DNA from: a virus
Strand: one strand, 5' to 3'
UHGV virus genome: UHGV-1299713
Length of the DNA stretch: 39,920 nucleotides
Made by a program: the position numbers and the translations under genes. Position 1 is the first letter of the stretch. The number at the start of each line of letters is the position of its first letter. Positions 32,626 to 39,920 of this stretch are shown piece by piece. Under the pieces are notes generated by a model. It was not told the DNA's origin. It did no database searches and saw only the letters and a program-made list of their open reading frames with translations.

Positions 32626-32742
32626 CATAAATAACAGAATAAATACTGCACTGTGTATTCATTCCAACGAGTGAATACACGGAGCAATGTCGCTCGTAAC
32701 TAAACAGGAGCCGACTTGTTCTGATTATTGGAAATCTTCTTT

Positions 32743-32769
32743 GCCCTCCAGTGTGAGGGCAATTTTTTT
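32743..32769 (+). terminator. Second intrinsic terminator (GCCCTC-CAGTGT-GAGGGC then AATTTTTTT)
   Basis: Read directly; lies inside the N-terminal extension of ORF 32728..33198, arguing for the later start. Confidence 0.45.
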
Positions 32770-32781
32770 GATGGAGGAATG

Positions 32782-33198
32782 ATGGAAATTACAGATATTC
32801 TGGTTAATCCAGATAATTACGACCAATTCAATATCTCTACTCAATCAGTTGATTTGGGATGTGCAACTGTCAGCGCATGGCTACTTAATGGTAAACAGTT
32901 GGATAAATGCCTTGATGCACATATGACGGTTAACAGCTTCCTTGCAGAAAAAACACACTGGCAAGATGCTGGAGGGAAATATGCTGGATGGCTTGAAAGC
33001 ATGGGGTTTGAATATCAATCTGATGAAGGTTGGTGGAGCCTCATAGCTGTAACGCCTGAGACAATAGAATGCTTCGTTAAATACTCAAACGACGATGACT
33101 ATAAACACCAGGTGGATTCTGCGATAGAAAGATACAAAAGAAAATCGTTCAACCACGAAATATCATCAGTTCTTGATTTCATAGAAATCTTCAAATAA
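32782..33198 (+). CDS. Hypothetical acidic protein (start at MEITDILVNPD)
   Basis: GGAGG 4 nt upstream of the ATG. Confidence 0.5.
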   Translation: MEITDILVNPDNYDQFNISTQSVDLGCATVSAWLLNGKQLDKCLDAHMTVNSFLAEKTHWQDAGGKYAGWLESMGFEYQSDEGWWSLIAVTPETIECFVKYSNDDDYKHQVDSAIERYKRKSFNHEISSVLDFIEIFK

Positions 33199-33281
33199 GC
33201 CGCCAAGCGCGGCTTTACCGCATACCAATAACGCTTCACTCGAGGCGTTTTCGTTATGCAATCAAACAGAAGGAGCATCCT

Positions 33282-33452
33282 ATGCAACAGTTCGCTATTG
33301 CAGGGGCGGCATCGGTTCGCCCTTTCAACCCGATTTTATCGGTACAGCATTCACGAAAAAATATTCTAACCGGAGCAGACTTTAAACAACCAAGAATGAA
33401 AAGCTTGCTCGAAAAGCTTTGGGATATTTTGAAACAACAAGGCCGTCCATGA
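33282..33452 (+). CDS. cIII: cIII-like protein (56 aa)
   Basis: MQQFAIAGAAS...SLLEKLWDILKQQGRP resembles lambda CIII (MQYAIAG...LLERITRKLRDGWKRLIDILNQPG); AGGAG RBS; below the ORF-track cutoff. Confidence 0.5.
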   Translation: MQQFAIAGAASVRPFNPILSVQHSRKNILTGADFKQPRMKSLLEKLWDILKQQGRP

Positions 33453-33607
33453 GTTTTACAGATAACTGGTCAGACGAAGAATTCATTCGTCAGATGAAAG
33501 AATTAATCGGTAACGAAGGAGATATGCATGTCACTTGCAACCACAGTGAAGGAGAGCAAGTTACAGAGACGCATGTACACGCAGAAAGCTCTCTGGTATC
33601 GCCATAA
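33449..33607 (+). CDS. Small acidic protein in the kil position (52 aa)
   Basis: ATG overlaps the cIII stop (ATGA). Confidence 0.3.
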   Translation: MSFTDNWSDEEFIRQMKELIGNEGDMHVTCNHSEGEQVTETHVHAESSLVSP

Positions 33608-33706
33608 TGGCGACCGCGAAGGAATGCGGGTATGCCTTAATTTGTCACGAGTCGAAGTATTAAACCAGCGTTATTTCCTTGGGCCATGTCCATTCTGAGG
33701 TGAATT

Positions 33707-34414
33707 ATGGATTTGAATAAATTCGATGAGCCATTCAGCCCTGAAGATATCGAATGGCGAATACAGCAAAGCGGTAAAACACGCGATGGCAAAGTGTGGG
33801 CTATGGTGCTGGCTTATGTCACGAACAGGGCAATCATGAAACGCCTGGACGATGTTTGTGGCAAAGCAGGATGGCGCAATGAATACCGCGATATTCCTAA
33901 CAACGGCGGCGTTGAATGCGGCATATCAATCAGGATTGATTCCGAATGGGTAACCAAATGGGATGCCGCTGAAAACACGCAGGTAGAAGCCGTAAAAGGT
34001 GGTCGTTCCGGTGCAATGAAGCGCGCTGCCGTTCAGTGGGGAATCGGTCGGTATCTGTATAACCTTGGGGAAGGTTTCGCACAAACATCTCTCGATAAAA
34101 AGCAGGGATGGCACAGGGCAAAACTCAAGGATGGAACAGGGTTTTACTGGCTCCCTCCATCGCTGCCGGGATGGGCAGTCCCAGAATCAGATAACAAACC
34201 ATCACCAGAAAATACCAACCAGAAATCTCCATCGGTTGACTGCGAACAAATCCTGAAAGACTTCAGCGATTATGCGTCAACAGAAACTGACAAGAAAAAA
34301 CTCATCGAGCGTTATCAGCGTGACTGGCAATTAATGGCTGGCAACGAGGAGGCGCAGGCTAAATGCGTTCAGGTAATGAACATCAGAGTTAACGAACTAA
34401 AACAGGCGGCATAA
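33707..34414 (+). CDS. Putative single-strand annealing protein, Rad52/Sak-like
   Basis: Sits in the erf/bet position immediately upstream of ssb; GIGRYLYNL-like motif; family assignment from memory. Confidence 0.65.
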   Translation: MDLNKFDEPFSPEDIEWRIQQSGKTRDGKVWAMVLAYVTNRAIMKRLDDVCGKAGWRNEYRDIPNNGGVECGISIRIDSEWVTKWDAAENTQVEAVKGGRSGAMKRAAVQWGIGRYLYNLGEGFAQTSLDKKQGWHRAKLKDGTGFYWLPPSLPGWAVPESDNKPSPENTNQKSPSVDCEQILKDFSDYASTETDKKKLIERYQRDWQLMAGNEEAQAKCVQVMNIRVNELKQAA

Positions 34415-34888
34415 ATGGCAAGCAGAGGCGTAAATAAGGTGATCATTATTGGTCGCCTTGGGCATGATCCAGAAATCAGATATTCACCATCAGGAACGGC
34501 ATTTGCAAACCTTACAGTTGCTACGTCAGAACAATGGCGTGATAAGCAAACTGGAGAGCAAAAGGAGCAGACGGAGTGGCACCGTGTGGTAATGAGCGGG
34601 AAACTAGCAGAAATTGCCAGCGAGTACCTGCGAAAAGGCTCAGAGGTTTATCTTGAAGGCAAATTGCGGACAAGAAAATGGCAGGATCAAAGCGGACAGG
34701 ATCGGTTCACTACCGAAATCATCGTGGGCGTTGGTGGAACCATGCAAATGCTTGGTGGCAAGCAAGGAGGCAATGAACAGTCTTCACCTCAGCGAAATAA
34801 CGGTCAGCAACAAAGACAGCAACCTCAGCAGCAGGGAAATCACAGCGAACCACCTATGAACTTCGACGATTCGGATATTCCGTTCTAG
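34415..34888 (+). CDS. ssb: Single-stranded DNA-binding protein
   Basis: OB-fold N-terminus [27 protein letters not shown], Gly/Gln-rich linker, acidic tip DDSDIPF. Confidence 0.9.
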   Translation: MASRGVNKVIIIGRLGHDPEIRYSPSGTAFANLTVATSEQWRDKQTGEQKEQTEWHRVVMSGKLAEIASEYLRKGSEVYLEGKLRTRKWQDQSGQDRFTTEIIVGVGGTMQMLGGKQGGNEQSSPQRNNGQQQRQQPQQQGNHSEPPMNFDDSDIPF

Positions 34889-34897
34889 GAGCTGAAT

Positions 34898-35377
34898 ATG
34901 AAAATCTGCTCAAGATGCCATCAACAGAAGGAAGAAAGGGACTTTCAAATCAGAAGAGCATCCAGAGATGGATTAACTGCCGCTTGCCGGGCTTGCCTGG
35001 CTGAATACGACAAAGAGCGCGCGGGATTGCCACATCGAGTATCAGCAAGGAGAGAATATCAATCATCGGAACGCGGCAGAGAACGGTGTAACGCAGCCAA
35101 AAAGCGGTTCATTCAGAGCAACCCATGGAAAAGAAAAGCCCACATCATCGTGGGTAATTTTTTGCGCGACGGTAAGCTAATCCGACCACCACAATGTGAG
35201 TGCTGCGGATCAGAATGTAAACCACAGGCGCACCACTGCGACTACAGCAAACCAACCGATGTGATGTGGCTCTGCAAGTCATGTCATGTCGAGTGGCACA
35301 AACATAACAAACCTATCTACCCAGACGAGGAGCCAGTAACGCTCCCCTTCCCTCGTCACGCTATTCACGCAATTTAA
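34898..35377 (+). CDS. HNH-type (His-Me finger) nuclease-like zinc-binding protein
   Basis: Paired CxxC motifs flanking HHCDYS...H. Confidence 0.55.
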   Translation: MKICSRCHQQKEERDFQIRRASRDGLTAACRACLAEYDKERAGLPHRVSARREYQSSERGRERCNAAKKRFIQSNPWKRKAHIIVGNFLRDGKLIRPPQCECCGSECKPQAHHCDYSKPTDVMWLCKSCHVEWHKHNKPIYPDEEPVTLPFPRHAIHAI

Positions 35378-35385
35378 GGACCTAC

Positions 35386-35934
35386 ATGAATCACTTAATG
35401 GTTGACCTTGAAACAATGGGCAACGGGCCATACGCGCCTGTTATTTCTATTGGGGCGGTGTTCTTTGACCCGAATACCGGAGAAACAGGAGAAGAGTTCT
35501 CGGTAAATATCTCGCTTGAGTCATCAATGCGATATCGGGCGCGTCCTGACGCTTCAACGATTTTATGGTGGATGGAACAGAGTGAAGAAGCCAGAAAATC
35601 GTTAACCAGCAACACTCAGGAGCTTTCAACGGCTCTTTCATGGTTATCTGAATTCATCATAAAGAACGCTAACCACAAATTCGTTCAGGTTTGGGGGAAT
35701 GGAGCATCATTTGACTGCGTTATTCTCCGCAACAGTTATTCGCTGACAGGGCAGCCAGTTCCGTGGCAGTGGTGGAATGACCGCGACGTAAGAACAATCG
35801 TCGAGCTTGGAAAGGTAATAGGATTCGACCCTAAGCGAGATATGCCATTCAAAGGAACTCGCCACAACGCGCTTGATGATGCCATCCACCAAGCCAAATA
35901 CGTTTCAGCAATCTGGAAAAAATTAGCTAAATAA
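35386..35934 (+). CDS. DnaQ-like DEDDh 3'-5' exonuclease
   Basis: Exo I VDLET, Exo II GNGASFD, Exo III HNALDDA. Confidence 0.7.
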   Translation: MNHLMVDLETMGNGPYAPVISIGAVFFDPNTGETGEEFSVNISLESSMRYRARPDASTILWWMEQSEEARKSLTSNTQELSTALSWLSEFIIKNANHKFVQVWGNGASFDCVILRNSYSLTGQPVPWQWWNDRDVRTIVELGKVIGFDPKRDMPFKGTRHNALDDAIHQAKYVSAIWKKLAK

Positions 35935-35950
35935 TCAACAGGAGAAAAAT

Positions 35951-36247
35951 ATGCCAGCGCCTCTGTATGGTGCGGATGACCCGCGCCGCTGTTCCGGCAA
36001 TTCCGTATCGGAGGTGCTGGATAAATTCAGGAAAAACTACGACCGGATAATGTCGCTACCGCAGGAAACGAAAGAGGAAAAGGAATTTCGCCACTGTATA
36101 TGGCTTGCAGAGAAAGAAGAACGCGAGCGAATTTACCAGACATCAATCCGACCATTCCGCAAAGCCACATATACCCACTTCCCTGAATATATCGACCCGC
36201 GCCTGCGTAATTACCGCTCACGCTATGGCGCTATCAGTAATGACTGA
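35951..36247 (+). CDS. Hypothetical protein
   Basis: 98-aa ORF in the early-left operon. Confidence 0.45.
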   Translation: MPAPLYGADDPRRCSGNSVSEVLDKFRKNYDRIMSLPQETKEEKEFRHCIWLAEKEERERIYQTSIRPFRKATYTHFPEYIDPRLRNYRSRYGAISND

Positions 36248-36258
36248 GGAATTCACCA

Positions 36259-36422
36259 TGAGAGGACTTGCATACAATCCCGGCATTCTTCCGGCAGAAA
36301 TGATTATTCGCCAACGCGTAAAGCCAATGCCATCGAGAGAGGAATTGCTTAAGAGAAATTCTTTTCCGTCAGTAAATCAAAACAAATATCTGAATGCGAT
36401 GTTGCGGAGTGGGAAAAAATGA
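36259..36422 (+). CDS. Small hypothetical protein (about 54 aa; start at MRGLAYNPG)
   Basis: ATG with GAGGA upstream; the longer track ORF 36105..36422 overlaps the preceding gene. Confidence 0.3.
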
Positions 36423-36901
36423 AAAAAATGTCACTAATTGAGATGGATGGATTCCTGAAAGGTAAATGCATCCCACGAGATTTAAAGGTTAACGAAACAA
36501 ACGCTGAATATCTGGTGCGTAAATTTGCTGAAGCGGAGGCCAAGATTTCGGCTCTGTACGAAGACCACCAGAAAGCGATTGAGTCAATTAAGCAGGCTGA
36601 TGCAGCTGTTAAGTTGGCACACGAGAAGTTTTCGGCGCTGGCAGCAGAGAATGCGGAGCTTAAACAGTCGGAGAAGGAATTTAATAACTTCTGTCGTCAG
36701 GAGTACTACGGTTGGGAGGACAACTTCACGGAAACCCCAGCCACCGACGCTTTCCTGGCTGAAATTGAACGCAAAGCAATCCGCAAGTTCATTAACAGCA
36801 TTGAACACATCCTGCGTGACAAGTTGCCACCGTATGACACCGAAGAGATGCTTGAGGCTATGCGTATTTTTCTGGAAGAACAGGAAGGTGAGCAAAAATG
36901 A
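36419..36901 (+). CDS. Hypothetical coiled-coil protein
   Basis: 160-aa ORF; ATGA overlap with the upstream gene. Confidence 0.5.
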   Translation: MKKMSLIEMDGFLKGKCIPRDLKVNETNAEYLVRKFAEAEAKISALYEDHQKAIESIKQADAAVKLAHEKFSALAAENAELKQSEKEFNNFCRQEYYGWEDNFTETPATDAFLAEIERKAIRKFINSIEHILRDKLPPYDTEEMLEAMRIFLEEQEGEQK

Positions 36902-37209
36902 CGATCACAAAACAACGTGTAGAAGAAATCATATCCCGTATTGAAATGTATGGGCATGGTGCCGGGTATACCGCTGATGAGGTTTATGACCTTGCTGTAC
37001 TGGCGCTGAATTTATCAAATATCGCAAAACTCAAGCGATACGAGCTTGATATGGATGGTTGTGACTCGTTCGGTCAGGATTGTGGCGCTGACATGACTGA
37101 AGATTCTGATGGCGATTATGTCCTGTTTGATGACGTGGTTAAGTTGTTTGAGTTTGATACAACCACTCAGAAGTTAGAAAGCCCAGCAAAGGAGGCAACC
37201 AGTGAGTAA
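36898..37209 (+). CDS. Hypothetical acidic protein
   Basis: 103-aa ORF; 3' end lies in a duplicated 17-nt junction sequence. Confidence 0.5.
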   Translation: MTITKQRVEEIISRIEMYGHGAGYTADEVYDLAVLALNLSNIAKLKRYELDMDGCDSFGQDCGADMTEDSDGDYVLFDDVVKLFEFDTTTQKLESPAKEATSE

Positions 37210-37456
37210 TTCAGCACGACTACAGCTTGGTTTTTCACCGCTATCAAAAACTATCATGCTGGCAAAAATGCGCGATGTTGAAGGTGGATGTATGCGCGTT
37301 GGCAATGATCCAGGTCGTGATGTTACCAATGAGGCTGCTCAATTGGTGTGGCGACTGGTCATGGCTGAAGGTGGTGAGATCGCGTGGGATCTGGATGATG
37401 GTTCTCGCATGGTTTTGAAGGCAGAAAAGCAGGAGGCAACCAGTGAGCGAAATTAA
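37202..37456 (+). CDS. Hypothetical protein (GTG start)
   Basis: 84-aa ORF flanked on both sides by the 17-nt junction repeat. Confidence 0.4.
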   Translation: MSNSARLQLGFSPLSKTIMLAKMRDVEGGCMRVGNDPGRDVTNEAAQLVWRLVMAEGGEIAWDLDDGSRMVLKAEKQEATSERN

Positions 37457-38042
37457 TTACCAGGCACTGCGTGAGGCGGCAGAAGCAATAAAAATAGCAG
37501 CCACACCACAAAAATTGCTGGCATTTCGTATGAAGGTCACACCTCAGGTTGTGCTGGCACTGCTGGATGAACGGGAAAGAAACCAGCAATACATAAAACG
37601 CCGCGATCAGGAGAACGAGGAAATTGCGCTAACGGTAGGGAAGCTGCGCGTTGATCTGGAAGGCAAAGACAGCAAAATAGCCAATCTTACCGCCGAACGC
37701 GATGCTCTTCGTGAAGGTGAGATGGGCGACGCTAGGTATAGCAACACACGGGCCGCAGCTGATATCTACTTCCAACTGGTCGAGGAGTGCGAAATTCCTG
37801 CTGGCGGATCTCTGGTCGAGTACGTTGACGATATGCGCGAGAAGCTGGAAGCCGCAGAGAAGCGCATTGCTGAGCTGGAGTTGCGGGAGGTTGTGCTTCC
37901 GCAATGCTATAGCATGTTGCATCGCGTCGATTTTGACGAGCCTTACCACACTGAAATGGTTTACAGGCAGCATCAGGTTCTTGAGGCACTGCACAACGCT
38001 GGAATAAACGTCACCGAAGCAGGTAAAGGGGAGGCATCATGA
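37443..38042 (+). CDS. Hypothetical coiled-coil protein (GTG start)
   Basis: 199-aa ORF, heptad-rich. Confidence 0.5.
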   Translation: MSEINYQALREAAEAIKIAATPQKLLAFRMKVTPQVVLALLDERERNQQYIKRRDQENEEIALTVGKLRVDLEGKDSKIANLTAERDALREGEMGDARYSNTRAAADIYFQLVEECEIPAGGSLVEYVDDMREKLEAAEKRIAELELREVVLPQCYSMLHRVDFDEPYHTEMVYRQHQVLEALHNAGINVTEAGKGEAS

Positions 38043-38824
38043 GCACTATCACAAGAGAATGGCTGCAGCAGGCTATCAACGATTATGAAAGCGTTCGTGA
38101 TGAGCTTCCTTTCGGGCTTGATGATTACCAGGGGAATATCCTGGCTGCCCTGCGTATCGCACTGGCATCGCTGGAAGCAGAGCCGGTGGCGTGGAAGGTA
38201 ACATTCACGCAAATTGACCGTGAATATAACACGTTCACTGGTATGTATTCTGACAAAGCAGAAGTCGAACGGTGGGTGCGGCTGCATAAAGCATGTAATT
38301 TTCGGGCAGATATAACACCGCTTTATACCGCCAAGCCAGTGCCGGTAACTCCGGATGGTTGGATAAGCTGTAGTGAGCGAATGCCTGAAATTAGACAAAC
38401 AGTTATTGGATGGAATGGATATGCAGTTAGACAATGCGTATATACAAGGAATGAATATGCCAAGACACAGAAAGGCAGAGAGCCAAGGTTTGAAACCTTA
38501 ACTGGTATATGGCATGGAGGTAACCCACTGGATGCCGCTACCGGAACCGCCGCAGGAGGTGAAATGATGGATGTGAAAGAGAAGATTTTGCAGGTGATGC
38601 GTTCCCGTGCAGCCCTGCAAGAGAAAGTTCTCGGCGGGGAATATCCATTCAGGATGGCAACCTGGAGTCTGCGGTTGGCAATGGAGAAGGAATTTCCTGA
38701 TGAAGAATGGCGTTCGGCAGATTTGCGCAAAATTCTTATGGAGATGGCTAAAGACGGAACAGTACACAAAGATACCTATGCCAGCCGGATTGGTCAGGCG
38801 GTATGGAGACTGGATGTGAGGTAA
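38039..38824 (+). CDS. Hypothetical protein, possibly DUF551-containing
   Basis: 261-aa ORF; PDGWISCSERMPE segment resembles the phage DUF551 signature as recalled. Confidence 0.5.
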   Translation: MSTITREWLQQAINDYESVRDELPFGLDDYQGNILAALRIALASLEAEPVAWKVTFTQIDREYNTFTGMYSDKAEVERWVRLHKACNFRADITPLYTAKPVPVTPDGWISCSERMPEIRQTVIGWNGYAVRQCVYTRNEYAKTQKGREPRFETLTGIWHGGNPLDAATGTAAGGEMMDVKEKILQVMRSRAALQEKVLGGEYPFRMATWSLRLAMEKEFPDEEWRSADLRKILMEMAKDGTVHKDTYASRIGQAVWRLDVR

Positions 38825-39108
38825 TGGCTAACCTGCAACTTGCCGTCAAAGGTGAATACTTCGATGCCATGATTCGCGGAGATAAAACGGAAGAGTATCG
38901 CCTGTGTAATGACTACTGGAATAAGCGAATTATGTTCCGGGAATATGACCGCCTAATTATCACAAAGGGATATCCGAAGCGCGAAGACTCCATCCGCAGA
39001 ATTGATATTCCGTATGACGGATATGAAGTGAAGACAATCACACATCCGCACTTCGGCGATAAACCGGTAAAGGTTTACGCGATAAAGGTGAATATCGGCA
39101 ATGAATAA
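38824..39108 (+). CDS. Hypothetical protein (start at MANLQLAVKG)
   Basis: ATG overlaps the upstream stop (TAATG). Confidence 0.45.
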   Translation: MANLQLAVKGEYFDAMIRGDKTEEYRLCNDYWNKRIMFREYDRLIITKGYPKREDSIRRIDIPYDGYEVKTITHPHFGDKPVKVYAIKVNIGNE

Positions 39109-39180
39109 CAATCCTCGCTCTCGCGGGGATTTCTTTTATCTGAACTCGCTACGGCGGGTTTTGTTTTATGGAGACAAGAA

Positions 39181-39525
39181 ATGTCAGATTTGGCTATGAA
39201 GGTTTTGAAATGGCAATCGACTGGCGATGTCGGCATAAGTAGCGCAACTCTTGCCTCAATCGCATGTGGACTGAAAAAGAATATCTATGGTCATCACTTC
39301 GGCGCTCCACATGACGCAGCCGATTTCCGGCGATGCGTTGCACTTGTTGAGCAGATTCCAGAAATCAGAGATTCATTCGACAAGGTTGCAAAGCGCGTTC
39401 CGGGATTCAAAGGAATCCTCAACGAATGGGATTCACTCGTTGCTCTGTTGAAGTCTGAAATGAAGATACACGGAAACAAAGCACCAGAGACTTACAGAAG
39501 AATTAGCGAGCTACGCAAGGACTAA
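39181..39525 (+). CDS. Hypothetical protein
   Basis: 114-aa ORF followed by a hairpin. Confidence 0.45.
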   Translation: MSDLAMKVLKWQSTGDVGISSATLASIACGLKKNIYGHHFGAPHDAADFRRCVALVEQIPEIRDSFDKVAKRVPGFKGILNEWDSLVALLKSEMKIHGNKAPETYRRISELRKD

Positions 39526-39526
39526 C

Positions 39527-39555
39527 GCCTCACACTCGATGAGGCATTTTCATTT
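39527..39555 (+). terminator. Candidate terminator (GCCTCA-CACTCGA-TGAGGC then ATTTTCATTT)
   Basis: Read directly. Confidence 0.4.
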
Positions 39556-39646
39556 ATCAAGATATCCAGACCTACCATCGGCGCATCAATGCGGTTTTTT
39601 TATTACCTGATTTGCAGGTTCGATTCCCTATTCGGAGATAGCACTC

Positions 39647-39847
39647 ATGCAACACGAACTACAGCCTGATTCCCTGGTTGATTTGAAATTCATCATGGCT
39701 GATACTGGCTTCGGTAAAACCTTCATCTATGACCGGATTAAGTCCGGCGACCTGCCAAAAGCCAAAGTTATCCACGGGCGAGCAAGATGGTTATATCGTG
39801 ACCATTGTGAATTCAAAAATAAGCTCTTAAGCCGCGCCAATGGGTAA
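39647..39847 (+). CDS. xis: AlpA-family excisionase or transcriptional regulator
   Basis: Small HTH protein of the kind paired with P4-type integrases; int follows across the window junction; a shorter start at MADTGFGK is possible. Confidence 0.55.
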   Translation: MQHELQPDSLVDLKFIMADTGFGKTFIYDRIKSGDLPKAKVIHGRARWLYRDHCEFKNKLLSRANG

Positions 39848-39920
39848 AATAGCGGGTAAAATATTTCTCACATCTAAAAAACACCATTCCAATCAATCCC
39901 CTGCCTCGTCAAGTAGATGT
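39843..39920. repeat. Direct GGGTAAAAT repeats (two copies) and AATCCCCTG, half of a candidate att or int-regulatory region continuing at 1..176
   Basis: Read directly; matching GGGTAAAAA and inverted TTTTACCC copies at 131..176. Confidence 0.35.

Noticed and set aside
39605-39635. GGTTCGATTCC, a tRNA T-loop-like motif
   Set aside because: The flanking bases cannot form a T-stem or acceptor stem, and no cloverleaf can be drawn; not a tRNA gene. It could still be a fragment relevant to att, which I cannot verify.
1-39920. CRISPR arrays, rRNA or tRNA genes, transposase-bounded insertion sequences
   Set aside because: No regularly spaced direct repeats with unique spacers, no rRNA-like or cloverleaf-forming segments, and no transposase-like ORFs were seen on reading the sequence.

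Overview
The window reads as an essentially complete, circularly permuted genome of a P22-like temperate podovirus with a lambdoid mosaic regulatory core, about 39.9 kb; the two window ends appear to be contiguous (xis at the right end, int at the left end). All calls rest on my reading of the translated ORFs and recalled protein sequences; no database search was run. Minus strand, right to left: PR/cro, nutR, cII, O-like initiator with internal iterons, DnaB-type helicase, a nin region (ninB, Dam-like methyltransferase, ninE, ninX-like, ninF, ninG, ninH, ninI), Q, PR', lysis cassette (S, R, Rz/Rz1), an rha moron, small ORFs, then a P22-order morphogenesis block (terS with a pac-like site, terL, portal, scaffold, coat, one unknown gene, gp4, gp10, tail needle, gp14, gp7, gp20, gp16) ending in a chimeric tailspike. 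Plus strand: cI, PL/nutL, an N-like antiterminator, then an accessory early-left region (a PAPS-reductase-like module, cIII-like, annealase, SSB, HNH, DEDDh exonuclease, a run of unknown genes, xis). An integrase and an Mnt-like repressor plus lipoprotein sit between the tailspike and the window start. Several segments look near-identical to phage lambda (Q, S, R, ninE-I, C-terminal parts of cI and cII). The best candidate for an undescribed system is a three-gene, terminator-bounded module centred on a PAPS-reductase-like protein in the position lambda gives to ral; its function is inferred, not demonstrated. No rRNA, tRNA or CRISPR array was found.
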